A stretch of DNA of 64,000 nt from Planctomycetota bacterium (GTDB lineage Bacteria > Planctomycetota > GCA-002687715 > DRQF01): the NCBI GenBank assembly GCA_047639315.1, contig JBLINQ010000004.1, positions 9,303 through 73,302 on the forward strand. Reading direction: 5' to 3'. The first letter of the stretch is position 1. Each line of letters opens with the position of its first letter. The notes under the pieces are model-generated. The model had not been told where the DNA came from and ran no database searches. It saw nothing but the letters and a program-made list of their open reading frames with translations. This document shows, one piece after another, positions 27,691-37,598 of this stretch. The position numbers were made by a program, and so were the translations under genes.

Positions 27691-29219
27691 AAAGAATGAG
27701 CATTCAAAAACTACTACCGGCTCTATGCCTCTTGTTCCTGTTCATGGCGAGTTCGCTTGTGGCGCAACCGCCGGTGAACCGTCGCTCGAAAGCGAGACCA
27801 GCAGCTCCTAAAGTCAAAGCCGAAGACGAGAAGAAGGCTGAGAAAAAGGAAGATACTTGGTTGTGGATCAAGAACGTTGATGTCTACCCAGTCAACGGTG
27901 CCGTCCAACGTCAGGCCGAAATCCTGATCAAGAACGACAAGGTTCACGCCATCGGATCTGACTTAGACGCACCAAAGGACTGCGAGACAGTCGACGGCCA
28001 AGGTATGCGCGCCTATCCAGGTCTTGTCGCCTTGAACGGTTCTGGCTTGATTCCAAGTCTGCGTGGCGGCAAAGGTGACAACCTCGATCCGAAAGGGCTT
28101 CTCACTCAAATTGCCTTGGCGCATGGAATCACGACGGTCATTTCTGGCACGTCAGCAGTCAAGTTGGACGCGAATGCGACCAGCGATGCGATGCTTCGTT
28201 CGGGTTTGTACATTGGATTGCAATATTCCTCGAGCAACCCAGCCAACAAGAAACGCATTCGTGAAGAAATGCAAAGGGCGCTGGTTTACATGCGTGCTTT
28301 GCGTGCAGGTCTCGCAGGGAAAGCGAAGTCCGAAGCTGCCAAGAAACTCGGTAGCGCGAGTCGGCACCTGCCTTTGCTTGAAGGCAAGCAAATCGCCGTT
28401 TTCAATGTCGACACGCATCAAGATATTGTCGACGCCTGCGGCCTCGCTGAATCTTTTGGTTTCAGAGCCGTTGTTCGTGGCGCGGCGGAAGGATGGACTG
28501 CACCTGGGGCTATGGGGCGAGCGAATGTCTCCGCTATCCTGACTCCACGTCTGCGGCGCGATCCTGACGAAAAACTCAATCGTCCAACGGGCTCAAACAT
28601 GGCCAATGCATCTATCCTTCATGACCATGGAGTTGTCATTGGAATCGCGACGCAGAGCTCTGGCTTTGATTCTGATGGTGGACCGGGGCGTGATGCACTT
28701 GGTGTCACTTGGGATGCGGGTGCAGCCGTTAGTGGTGGTCTGTCTGAAGCTGCCGCCCTCAAAGCAATCACCCTGAATGCAGCACGAATTTTCGCACTTG
28801 ATGATCGCATCGGTTCTTTGGAAATCGGCAAAGATGCAGACGTGGTGATTTGCGATGGCGAGATGTTGCACTACAAGACCCAGGTTTACTACACCGTAGT
28901 CAATGGCAAGATTTCCTACGATCGCTCGAAGCAAGCGCTCTACCGGCACATTCGTCCGCGCGATCCCAAGCAAGCTGGAAGACAGCAGTGGTGGCCGCGT
29001 CGTATAACACCAATGCCAGATTCTTGGAGTTACGATCCTGCTGCGGCTGACAAGAAGTTAGCAGCAGAGAAGAAAGTCAAAGAGGCCGCAGAGGCCATAG
29101 AGAAAGCAGCGGCCGATGAGAAAAAGGCGGCTGCCGACAAGAAGAAAAAGGGTGCCAAGAAGGAACCTGAAAAAGGTGCCGACAAGATTCCCCTGATTAA
29201 GACTGAAAAAGGCAAATAG
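27687..29219 (+). CDS. Exported amidohydrolase-family protein A8 (degenerate site; Lys/Ala-rich tail)
   Basis: Signal peptide; YPGLVALNG, HGITT, RIGSLEIGKDADVVICDG. Confidence 0.88.
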   Translation: MKRMSIQKLLPALCLLFLFMASSLVAQPPVNRRSKARPAAPKVKAEDEKKAEKKEDTWLWIKNVDVYPVNGAVQRQAEILIKNDKVHAIGSDLDAPKDCETVDGQGMRAYPGLVALNGSGLIPSLRGGKGDNLDPKGLLTQIALAHGITTVISGTSAVKLDANATSDAMLRSGLYIGLQYSSSNPANKKRIREEMQRALVYMRALRAGLAGKAKSEAAKKLGSASRHLPLLEGKQIAVFNVDTHQDIVDACGLAESFGFRAVVRGAAEGWTAPGAMGRANVSAILTPRLRRDPDEKLNRPTGSNMANASILHDHGVVIGIATQSSGFDSDGGPGRDALGVTWDAGAAVSGGLSEAAALKAITLNAARIFALDDRIGSLEIGKDADVVICDGEMLHYKTQVYYTVVNGKISYDRSKQALYRHIRPRDPKQAGRQQWWPRRITPMPDSWSYDPAAADKKLAAEKKVKEAAEAIEKAAADEKKAAADKKKKGAKKEPEKGADKIPLIKTEKGK

Positions 29220-29222
29220 CTC

Positions 29223-29798
29223 ATGGCTTTCATCCACGAAACAGCCGTGGTTGATGCGGGGGCGGAGATCGGCGAAGGCTCCTCAGTCTGGCACTTTGTT
29301 CATGTCTGTCGTGGCGCCAAGATCGGACGCGGTGTCGTTCTCGGGCAGAATGCCTTTGTAGCTGACGATGTCACCATCGGCAACGACTGTCGCATCCAGA
29401 ATAATGTCTCGATTTACACCGGCGTCACCCTCGATGCCGGTGTTTTCGTGGGCCCTTCCGCTGTCTTCACCAATGTCCTGCGCCCCAGGGCGCGCATTGC
29501 CAAGAAGGATCAGTTCCTCGCCACCCATGTGAGTGAAGGGGCTACTATCGGTGCCAATGCCACGATCATTTGCGGCAACAAGATCGGGGCCTGCGCATTC
29601 ATTGCAGCAGGGTCGGTCGTGACCCGCAATGTCGATTCATTTACTGTTGTCCGCGGCAATCCCGCTCGCCCCTGTGGGTACGTTTGTCGCTGTGGCGAGG
29701 CCCTCGACTTTTCTGACGACGTTGGGAAATGTAAAACTTGCTTGGCTTGTTATCGTCTGGTCGCTGATTTGGTGATTGAAGACGAGACCCGAGCATGA
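29223..29798 (+). CDS. WbpD-like hexapeptide-repeat nucleotide-sugar N-acetyltransferase
   Basis: [13 protein letters not shown]...[30 protein letters not shown]-terminal C.CG...C..C. Confidence 0.9.
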   Translation: MAFIHETAVVDAGAEIGEGSSVWHFVHVCRGAKIGRGVVLGQNAFVADDVTIGNDCRIQNNVSIYTGVTLDAGVFVGPSAVFTNVLRPRARIAKKDQFLATHVSEGATIGANATIICGNKIGACAFIAAGSVVTRNVDSFTVVRGNPARPCGYVCRCGEALDFSDDVGKCKTCLACYRLVADLVIEDETRA

Positions 29799-30925
29799 GT
29801 GACCCCGTACCTTTTATCGACTTGAAGGCTCAGTATCAGACCATCAAGGATGACTTGTTGCCTGCCGTCGAGGCGGTCTTAGAGAGCCAGCAGTTTATCC
29901 TGGGTGATACGGTCGCTCAGTTTGAAAACGAACTGTCAGGCTGGATGGGCCTCGAGAGTGGCGGCGTCGTCGGAGTCTCTTCTGGGACCGACGCTTTGTT
30001 GGCCGCCTTGATGGCTTTAGGAGTCGGGCCAGGAGATGAAGTCCTTACCACTCCATTTAGCTTCTTCGCTACCGCCGGTGTGATTGCTCGGCTTCATGCG
30101 AAACCCGTCTTTGTCGACATCGACCCAGTGACATTCAATCTCGATGCGGGACGTCTCCAGGCTTTAGACGCTTCAAGATTCAAAGCCATTATTGTCGTCC
30201 ATCTTTATGGTCGATGTGCCGACATCGAGGCGGTCCGTGAGTGGGCTGACCCTCATGGCGTCCCGGTCATAGAGGACGCGGCGCAGGCCATTGGGACGAG
30301 AGACAAGAACGACAATCATTGTGGCTCGCTCGGAACAGTCGGATGCTTTTCCTTCTTCCCGACCAAAAATCTTGGTGCTGCGGGTGATGGCGGCTGTTTA
30401 GTCACAACCGATCCTAAGATGCTCGAAGATCTCCGGCGCATTCGCGTCCACGGCGCGGTGACGGCATACGAGAGCCAAGTCATAGGCGGCAACTTTCGAC
30501 TGGACGCCATCCAGGCTGCCATCTTGAAGGTCAAGCTGAAGCACTTGGATTCTTGGACTGAGCGCCGTCTTGAGAACGCCGAATACTATGATCGGCGATT
30601 TCGTGAGGAAGGGATGGCCGAGGAGTTAGCCTTACCTCCTCTACCAGGCAATCGAGAATTCGTTGCTCACCAATATGTCATTCGTTCCAAAAAGCGCGAC
30701 GCTTTGAGAGAAGACATGGCCGCAGGCGGAGTTGCTTCGGCCATCTATTATCCCATGCCGTTCCACCTCATGCCGTCATTCGCCAACCTCAACTACACGA
30801 CTGGCGACTATCCAGAAACGGAGCGGGCCTGTGCCGAAGTTCTGGCTCTCCCCATCTTCGCCGAGCTCGGGGAAGAGCGTATGGAGAGAGTTGTCGAAAG
30901 TGTGTTGAGTTTTTATCACTCGTAA
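29795..30925 (+). CDS. DegT/DnrJ/EryC1/StrS-family PLP aminotransferase (WbpE-like)
   Basis: [34 protein letters not shown] and [10 protein letters not shown] motifs. Confidence 0.93.
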   Translation: MSDPVPFIDLKAQYQTIKDDLLPAVEAVLESQQFILGDTVAQFENELSGWMGLESGGVVGVSSGTDALLAALMALGVGPGDEVLTTPFSFFATAGVIARLHAKPVFVDIDPVTFNLDAGRLQALDASRFKAIIVVHLYGRCADIEAVREWADPHGVPVIEDAAQAIGTRDKNDNHCGSLGTVGCFSFFPTKNLGAAGDGGCLVTTDPKMLEDLRRIRVHGAVTAYESQVIGGNFRLDAIQAAILKVKLKHLDSWTERRLENAEYYDRRFREEGMAEELALPPLPGNREFVAHQYVIRSKKRDALREDMAAGGVASAIYYPMPFHLMPSFANLNYTTGDYPETERACAEVLALPIFAELGEERMERVVESVLSFYHS

Positions 30926-31007
30926 ATCGTCCAGGTTCGGCAGGCCCCCAGGGGTTTTCAGCCCAGAATTTGGGGAGCGAGTTGCCCATGCCGGTCGTAG
31001 GATAGAG

Positions 31008-31036
31008 TGAACAGGGCCGAATGACGGCCTGTCGAA
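31008..31036 (+). promoter_or_regulatory. Putative ECF-sigma (autoregulatory) promoter
   Basis: TGAAC-N17-TGTCGAA upstream of the ECF sigma gene. Confidence 0.4.
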
Positions 31037-31064
31037 AACCAGTGACGGTTGACGTGATCTCTAA

Positions 31065-31691
31065 ATGATTAAACAGCAAAGACTTAAGATCGAGGCGCCC
31101 CTGCCAGAGCCTGAAGAATCAGACGAAGTTCTGATGGTTCGGGTAGCGGAGGGTGATGTCGAGTCTTACGAAAAGCTCTATCACCGCTACAAAAACCGAA
31201 TTCTGACATTCATTCACCGCTATGTCGGTGACCGGGATTGGGCCGAAGATCTGACCCACGAGACTTTTCTCAAGCTCTACAAGAATCCCCAGGCGTTCGA
31301 TCCTCGGAATCGCTTTGTCACTTGGCTTTTTACTGTCGCCCGGAATCTCTCTATCGATTTCCTGAGACGAAGAAGGCCGACGAGCGGGCTCACTGTTTCA
31401 GATGGCGACGATCAGACCTTCACCCTCGAATTACCCGATTCCACCCATCAAAGTCCGCAGGATGCGGCACTCATCAAGGAATTGGAAGAGAACATCCAAG
31501 GGACTCTTAACTCGCTCAGCGACAAGCTGAGAGAAGTTTTCATTCTCTGCGCGATTCAGGGACTTTCCTATGAGGAAGTCGCTAACATCGTGGGGTGTCC
31601 AGCGAAGACGGTAAGCTCCCGGTTATCTCGGGCTCGCAAGCGCTTTTTGAAGAGCTTTCACCCTTACTTGTCTGGGAAGAAACAATCATGA
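31065..31691 (+). CDS. ECF RNA polymerase sigma-70 factor
   Basis: AEDLTHETF, FVTWLFTVARN and GLSYEEVANIVGCPAKTVSSRLSRAR (regions 2 and 4). Confidence 0.95.
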   Translation: MIKQQRLKIEAPLPEPEESDEVLMVRVAEGDVESYEKLYHRYKNRILTFIHRYVGDRDWAEDLTHETFLKLYKNPQAFDPRNRFVTWLFTVARNLSIDFLRRRRPTSGLTVSDGDDQTFTLELPDSTHQSPQDAALIKELEENIQGTLNSLSDKLREVFILCAIQGLSYEEVANIVGCPAKTVSSRLSRARKRFLKSFHPYLSGKKQS

Positions 31692-32917
31692 ACAAACCTC
31701 AATGTGCAAACATCCAACCCTTGTTCAGCCCAGCTCTTGACAGTTGCCTTGAGCCAGCCGAACTCATGATGTTTGAGACCCATTTGCGTGGTTGTGATTC
31801 TTGCCATCAAGATTACGAGCGCTACGCTCGACTCTTTGCGGCCGTGGCTTCCCTGTCCGGAAGTACCATGCAAGGTCCAGTGCCTTACCCTCAAACCGTC
31901 AAAGCATTTCGTGGTTCGGATTCATCAAGCCTTCCTTGGTGGGGACGCTTTGGAACAACTGCGGCAGCAGCCGTCCTTCTCGCCATTGTCGGATTCGGCG
32001 CCTTCCAAGCTGGTCGTCAGGATGACGAAGGGCAAAGTCCAGATGGGGAAGAGGTCGCCGAGGTCGAGTTCGTCCAGCCTTCGGAGCTGGTAGCCAAAGA
32101 GCTCAAGGGGTGGCACCACGATATTGAAGCGCTTCCTGTTCTCTTGGAAGCAGCGTCTCGCTATCCAGGAAAAACAGCTCAGCGAGCCTTGACCTCACTC
32201 ATTGTTCGCGAAGAAGCAAGAAGCCGTCAGTTTCTGGCTTTGGACCGAACCAGCTTGGGCTCCTTAGAGCGTCCGACGAAACGAATCGCGAATGATCTCA
32301 TTCTCTGCCTGAGCGAAGTGGTCAACCAAAGTCGCAGCGATGACAAACCGGCTCAGTTTATTCACTACGCCAGGAACCGGTTCCAGAATGCAACGATTGT
32401 TGATCGGCGTAACCAGTTGGGCCATATGGTTCGGGGTTTTGCCGAGAGTGAACAGGAGCACGCGTCCTGGCAGTCGTTAGATCCAGTTGCCCAAGAGCTT
32501 GGTTTGGCGGTTCGCTGGTTTGTCAAAGGCAAGCCACAGCAAAGCCGAATTCACTTGAACCATCTCAAGCCGCGCTTGTTGAATAAGTCGTCGACTCAGC
32601 TCTACGGTCTAATCGGCGAGTTGGAACGAGTTTTCATCGTGCGCCCTGATCGTAGCAACGGTGTCTTCTCGCTGACTCTCGACTCCGACAAGAATGGCTC
32701 ATGGGCCACGAAACAAGGATTCACCTTGGATACTCATGGGGCAAGAGGGCAGATTCGTTTCTCGATCACGACCAATGGGGCGAACCAACCCGGGAACGTC
32801 TTTGAGATTCACAAAATGGATCAACGACGCATGCCGAAGATGAAGGCACTTGGTCCGAAAAGGTTGCACCTCAAGAGGGCTCCTGCTCCTCGAAAGCCAA
32901 AGCGAGTTGTTCTCTAA
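31688..32917 (+). CDS. Zinc-finger (zf-HC2) transmembrane anti-sigma factor
   Basis: ATGA overlap with sigma; C...HLRGCDSC motif; one TM helix (AAAAVLLAIVGFGAF); periplasmic C-terminal domain. Confidence 0.85.
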   Translation: MNKPQCANIQPLFSPALDSCLEPAELMMFETHLRGCDSCHQDYERYARLFAAVASLSGSTMQGPVPYPQTVKAFRGSDSSSLPWWGRFGTTAAAAVLLAIVGFGAFQAGRQDDEGQSPDGEEVAEVEFVQPSELVAKELKGWHHDIEALPVLLEAASRYPGKTAQRALTSLIVREEARSRQFLALDRTSLGSLERPTKRIANDLILCLSEVVNQSRSDDKPAQFIHYARNRFQNATIVDRRNQLGHMVRGFAESEQEHASWQSLDPVAQELGLAVRWFVKGKPQQSRIHLNHLKPRLLNKSSTQLYGLIGELERVFIVRPDRSNGVFSLTLDSDKNGSWATKQGFTLDTHGARGQIRFSITTNGANQPGNVFEIHKMDQRRMPKMKALGPKRLHLKRAPAPRKPKRVVL

Positions 32918-32971
32918 GGCCAAGACATGAAGTCCTTTGTGGGCCTTCGCCCAATTGAATTCAATCACGAG

Positions 32972-33002
32972 AGTCGGCGCCTAAAGGCGCCGACTTTTTT
33001 TT
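32972..33002 (+). terminator. Intrinsic terminator
   Basis: AGTCGGCGCC-taaa-GGCGCCGACT followed by T run. Confidence 0.9.
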
Positions 33003-33004
33003 GT

Positions 33005-33032
33005 TGAACGAATGTGGAGGACAGACGTCCTA
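33005..33032 (+). promoter_or_regulatory. Putative ECF-sigma promoter of the VIT-vWA gene
   Basis: TGAAC-N16-CGTCCTA immediately after the terminator. Confidence 0.45.
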
Positions 33033-33056
33033 TGGATGGAGCAACGGAGATAGCCC

Positions 33057-35435
33057 ATGTCATACAAAAAAACAGCATTCACCTTTCTTGTCCTCATCAT
33101 CTCAACTTTGAGTTTTGCTCAGGGCATAACCGGTCTACAACGACGTCCAGCGCCTGACCTACGGCATCCCCATGGTAGGCGCCCCCACATTCGTTCTGTC
33201 CAGGTTCAAAGCCACCATGTCAACGTCGCGATTCAGTCTGGCGTGGCCGTCACCAAGGTGACTCAGGTCTTCCACAATCCCAACGGGTTCATGTTGGAAG
33301 GCTCCTATCTCTTTCCCGTCCCCGACCGAGCGTCCATCACTGAATTCACCATGGTGATGAACGGCAAGGAAATCCGTGGGGAGGTTCTTGAGAAGGACAA
33401 GGCGAGGCGAATCTACGAAGGGATCGTGAGATCCATGCGCGACCCGGCACTCTTGGAGTATGTCGGTCGCGATCTATTCAAAGCCAGTGTGTTCCCCATT
33501 CCAGCAAGAGGGGAAGTGAAAGTCTCATTGACCTACGTTCAAGAGCTTCAAAAAGAAGGTGGTGTTGTTGAATACCGCTATCCCCTTAAGACGCAGGCGT
33601 TCAGCAAAGAGGCTGTTGGTGACATCGCAGTCAGCGTCACCATTGACGACCAAGCTCCGATCAAGAGCGTTTTCTCTTCCTCTCATCAACTTGCCAAGTC
33701 GCGTCGCAACGAAAATTCTGTGGCAGTCTCGTTTGAAGGCAAGAAGGTCTTGGCGTCTCATGATTTTCATCTGTTCTATACCTTGAGCAAGAGCGACGTT
33801 GGCCTGCATTTGCTGAGCGAGAACACCGCAGCGAATGGTGGGTTTTTCATGATGAAGTTGACACCAAAGATCGATTTCAAGCCGGAGGAAGTGGTGGCTC
33901 GCGAGATCATCTTCGTCGTGGACACTTCCGGTTCGATGAATGACGACGACAAAATCGAACAAGCAAAGAGTGCTCTGGTTTATGGCTTAAGAACTCTAAG
34001 GCCAACAGATCGATTCAATATCGTGACCTTCTCTACCGAAGCTCGCACTTGGGCCAGCAAGATGGTTGATGCCGAGAAGACGGCGGTCGCCGAAGCCATC
34101 ACGTGGGTCAAGAAAATCAAAGCAACTGGCGGAACAAACATCGACGAAGCGCTGACGACGGCACTTTCGAGTTTGACCCAAGGTGATCGCTTGCCGATGG
34201 TTGTTTTCTTGACCGATGGGAAGCCGACGGTCGGCGAGACGAACGAGAAAACGATCATTGCCCACGCTGCGAAAGCCAACAAAAGCAAAGCACGGGTTTT
34301 CGTTTTTGGGGTCGGCTATGACGTCAACGCACGATTGCTCGATATCATTGCCGAAGATGGCCATGGCGCTCGTGACTATGTCACAACCAGCGGCAACCTC
34401 GAATTGGCCCTCTCTGGCTTCTTCGACAAAGTCGCTTTCCCGGTCCTGACAGACGTGGAGATCGTTGTTGAAGGCGTCAAGATCGAGCAGGTCTATCCGA
34501 AGAATATAGGCGACCTCTTCAAGGGCAGCGAGTTGACCCTCTTGGGCAAGTACCAAAAGCCAGGAAACGCTGTCATTCGACTGCGTGGCAAGCTTGGCAA
34601 AGGTTCTAAGGAATACACGTTTGAACAGAAGTTCAGCGACAAGAAGACCGGTAAAGACTTTATCTCTGTGCTCTGGGCCAAGCGGAAAGTCGGCTATCTC
34701 TGGGATCAGATTCGCCTGAAGGGCGAGAACAAGGAATTGAAAGACGAGATCGTCAGGCTTGGCAAGACCTTCGCCATTGCCACGCCTTATACATCGATTC
34801 TTGTTCAAGAAGATGGAGTCGTCGTCACCGACTCGCGTCTTCGTGGCGAGAATTGGGATAATCTTGATACGGGTGGTGTCAAGCGCAAGAAGCGCTCGAC
34901 AATTACTGCTGGCTTGCCCGTGACTAATCCCGGGGCGCCAGGGGGAGGAGGTTCCCTCGGAGCCGTAGCTGGTGGCAAGACAGGCGGTCGTCGTCCTGGA
35001 CGTGTTGGCTCCGGTGAGGGACGTACCCCAGCGAATTCCCCAGGACCGGGTGGCGCCTCAGGTCCTGTCCCAAGAAGACGTCAAGCTGTAGAGAGAAGCT
35101 TGAAAGCCAAGGAAATGCGCGAAGAACTCAGCCGATCGAAGCCTCAAGATGCCAGTAAGCTGAGTCGTATTAGGGTTGAAGGCCGAAGTTTCACCTTGGT
35201 CGACAAAGTGTGGCTGGATGACGGCCTCATCAAAGATGAGAAGACCCGCAGTAAGGCAATGCACGTTGAGCCTTGGTCGGAGGCCTATTTCGCCCTCATC
35301 AAAGCCCATCCGGAGCTCGGCCCCATTATTGCGAAACTGGGTGAGGTGCAATTGAAGGTCGGCAGCGTGGTCTACTTCATTGGGTCGGAGAAGAAGGAGG
35401 CTCCAACTCCGGAGAATTCGATTCCGGTAAAGTAG
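33057..35435 (+). CDS. Exported VIT and von Willebrand factor A domain protein (inter-alpha-trypsin inhibitor-like)
   Basis: Signal peptide; VIT (QVFHNP...EGSYLFPVP...RDPALLEY); MIDAS DTSGSM, GGTNI, FLTDG; TPYTS. Confidence 0.92.
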   Translation: MSYKKTAFTFLVLIISTLSFAQGITGLQRRPAPDLRHPHGRRPHIRSVQVQSHHVNVAIQSGVAVTKVTQVFHNPNGFMLEGSYLFPVPDRASITEFTMVMNGKEIRGEVLEKDKARRIYEGIVRSMRDPALLEYVGRDLFKASVFPIPARGEVKVSLTYVQELQKEGGVVEYRYPLKTQAFSKEAVGDIAVSVTIDDQAPIKSVFSSSHQLAKSRRNENSVAVSFEGKKVLASHDFHLFYTLSKSDVGLHLLSENTAANGGFFMMKLTPKIDFKPEEVVAREIIFVVDTSGSMNDDDKIEQAKSALVYGLRTLRPTDRFNIVTFSTEARTWASKMVDAEKTAVAEAITWVKKIKATGGTNIDEALTTALSSLTQGDRLPMVVFLTDGKPTVGETNEKTIIAHAAKANKSKARVFVFGVGYDVNARLLDIIAEDGHGARDYVTTSGNLELALSGFFDKVAFPVLTDVEIVVEGVKIEQVYPKNIGDLFKGSELTLLGKYQKPGNAVIRLRGKLGKGSKEYTFEQKFSDKKTGKDFISVLWAKRKVGYLWDQIRLKGENKELKDEIVRLGKTFAIATPYTSILVQEDGVVVTDSRLRGENWDNLDTGGVKRKKRSTITAGLPVTNPGAPGGGGSLGAVAGGKTGGRRPGRVGSGEGRTPANSPGPGGASGPVPRRRQAVERSLKAKEMREELSRSKPQDASKLSRIRVEGRSFTLVDKVWLDDGLIKDEKTRSKAMHVEPWSEAYFALIKAHPELGPIIAKLGEVQLKVGSVVYFIGSEKKEAPTPENSIPVK

Positions 35436-35814
35436 CCCCCGAGTCTTTCTCCGGGTCTTCCACTGCTAATTCCGCCGACGCCTTTTGGGGTGTCGGCGTT
35501 TTTTTTGCCTGCAGGGCTTCCGCTTCCAGGCGGAGTCGAAGACGTTCAGAGAACTCGAGGTCGTTCTGCTGGGGCAGGCGATTATAGGAGCGAGCGGCCC
35601 GAGAAACGTAGTAGATGAGTAAGGCCAAAGGCAGCCAAATAGCGAGGTGACCGACCCAACCCCGGCCCGCGCTGGTAGTCATCATTTTGAGGATCGCTCC
35701 TGCGCCAACGCAAAAGACAAAGAAGACAACCACAATAACGACGGTTCCTGTGCCACTGCGATTTTCATAGAAAACTCGTAAGTCCTTTGTTTTATTTTCT
35801 TTATGTTCTTTCAT
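35377..35814 (-). CDS. Two-TM hypothetical membrane protein
   Basis: Two hydrophobic helices; 3' end overlaps the VIT-vWA gene. Confidence 0.6.
   Translation of the reverse strand: MKEHKENKTKDLRVFYENRSGTGTVVIVVVFFVFCVGAGAILKMMTTSAGRGWVGHLAIWLPLALLIYYVSRAARSYNRLPQQNDLEFSERLRLRLEAEALQAKKTPTPQKASAELAVEDPEKDSGATLPESNSPELEPPSSPTQ
35473..35506 (+). terminator. Intrinsic terminator of the VIT-vWA gene (inside opposite-strand CDS)
   Basis: CGCCGACGCC-ttttgg-GGTGTCGGCG followed by T8. Confidence 0.7.
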
Positions 35815-35936
35815 TCGACTCAGAATTTGACGCGTGATGCGCCTTTTTTCCGTCCTTCCCGCTGCCTACAATACGGTGCGTTCGTTGACTGGCATTATGC
35901 CACGAAAGCACTCAAATCGAAGGAACACTCCATCTC

Positions 35937-37598
35937 ATGAATCTGACGATGATTCCTCAGAAATTTGCTGCGACTACTTTAGTCATTTTGGCGGGATTCT
36001 TGGTTCTTTTGCCGACTCTTTCGGCCCAAACCGATGACTCACCCACCGCATGCGTCGGCGCCGATATGGACGACCTGCGGGCAGCGATGAAGGCAGATCC
36101 TTCCAACATCGGAATTCGCATGCGCGTCGTCCGCTTGATTCTGGAAGAAATGCCTCAAACTGACAACCGTCGCCGTCGCAAGGCGATGCTTGAAGAGCTT
36201 GAGGCTCAACTCGCGGAGATCAAGAAACTCGGTCCCGAGTTCACTTATGTCTACCGGGTGCTGGCTCGCCAACACGAACGGAAGAAGGAATTCGAGAAGG
36301 TCGTCGAGGTTCTCGAGGACTACAGCAAGATCGCCGACCTCGACTACGACATGCGCAACACCAAAGTGCGGGCGTTGTTGAGAATGGGAGACAGCAAGGA
36401 AAACCCTCTTCCCGAGAAGACCCAGGAAGCCGCTGACTACGTGGCAAATTGGTTTTCTTCAGGTACGGCTCCGGTCTTTGCCGAGACCTTGGCAGCCACT
36501 CAGACGTGGATGATTGACCCAGGCTTCCGCAAGGCACTCATTGGCTGCTATGCCAAGATGTACAAGGCGACACCGAAGAACATCAACCTGATCATTAGCT
36601 ACGCCAGTGCCCTCTATGTTGCAGGGCGCTACGAGTCGGCATGGAAAGTCATGCGGGATGCCGAGAAGATTGGTCTTTGTGACGATGTCATGGGTGGCCG
36701 GCATCCTCTGATCCTCTTCTTGGAATGGCGTTGCCCCGAGGACCAAGATACTGCTGCCTTCGGCGGTCTTGATCTCGATGAGCTCCGTACAAGATCCACA
36801 GCCGATGCTGGCGATCTGTCTTTGACTTACCGACTGGCTGTGCGCCTCAAGGCGAAAGCCTACACCGGGGAGCGTATCGTCTCTAATATGAAAAAGGGCA
36901 TCGCTGACCTGGAAACGGAACTTGATGACGCGATAGGCGCAGATAGTGCCAAGCGCAAAGAAGCGATTCGCACCAAGATCAGCCGTATCAAGGAGTCAGT
37001 GACTAAGATCACAGGTCAAGTCGCCGAATCCTACAAAGAAGCATTGCCGTTGGCGTTGAAAGTGCGGGAGTCTAACGGACAGATTGACTCGGTTGCTTTG
37101 TTGCTCGCCGACATCAACAACAAGCTTGGCGACATGGACAGTTCGATTCGCTATATCAAAGAGAGCATTAAGCGAGTTCCATTCTTTGTACCTTTGCGTG
37201 ACAAGTTGGCCGGAATCTATGCTGAGAAGAAAGCATGGAAAGAAGCTGCAGAAGCTTTGGTGGGTTCTTGCCGCCTCGTGCCATGCCAAGCCGAGATTTG
37301 GGATGACGAAGACGATACGAAGCTCCCAGTCGTCTCATCAGGCCGTGAGAAACTGATCGTTGCCATGGCGCAAGACCCGAAGGCTCGTGGCGAATTGACC
37401 AAGGCTTTTGAAGCCGCAGTCGCTAAGGATCCTCGCAACCCGAATCTTCAGTGCTTCACATCGATGGCTTATTTCTTCGCTGGAAACAAATCGAAGGCGG
37501 CGGAATGGATGCGCAAAGCGGAGTCGCTTGGAGTTTGTGGGCGAGCCGGAAGCGAGCACACGCTGGCCACGTTCATCTACACGCGCGAGAACTGGTAA
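35937..37598 (+). CDS. Exported TPR-like helical protein
   Basis: Signal peptide (LSA|Q); TPR-like helices (ALLLADINNKLGDMDSSIRYIKESIKRVP). Confidence 0.75.
   Translation: MNLTMIPQKFAATTLVILAGFLVLLPTLSAQTDDSPTACVGADMDDLRAAMKADPSNIGIRMRVVRLILEEMPQTDNRRRRKAMLEELEAQLAEIKKLGPEFTYVYRVLARQHERKKEFEKVVEVLEDYSKIADLDYDMRNTKVRALLRMGDSKENPLPEKTQEAADYVANWFSSGTAPVFAETLAATQTWMIDPGFRKALIGCYAKMYKATPKNINLIISYASALYVAGRYESAWKVMRDAEKIGLCDDVMGGRHPLILFLEWRCPEDQDTAAFGGLDLDELRTRSTADAGDLSLTYRLAVRLKAKAYTGERIVSNMKKGIADLETELDDAIGADSAKRKEAIRTKISRIKESVTKITGQVAESYKEALPLALKVRESNGQIDSVALLLADINNKLGDMDSSIRYIKESIKRVPFFVPLRDKLAGIYAEKKAWKEAAEALVGSCRLVPCQAEIWDDEDDTKLPVVSSGREKLIVAMAQDPKARGELTKAFEAAVAKDPRNPNLQCFTSMAYFFAGNKSKAAEWMRKAESLGVCGRAGSEHTLATFIYTRENW

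Noticed and set aside
16268-29219. Interpreting the inactive amidohydrolases as decaying pseudogenes
   Set aside because: All ORFs are full length, keep signal peptides and structural motifs, and several are translationally coupled; no frameshifts or internal stops
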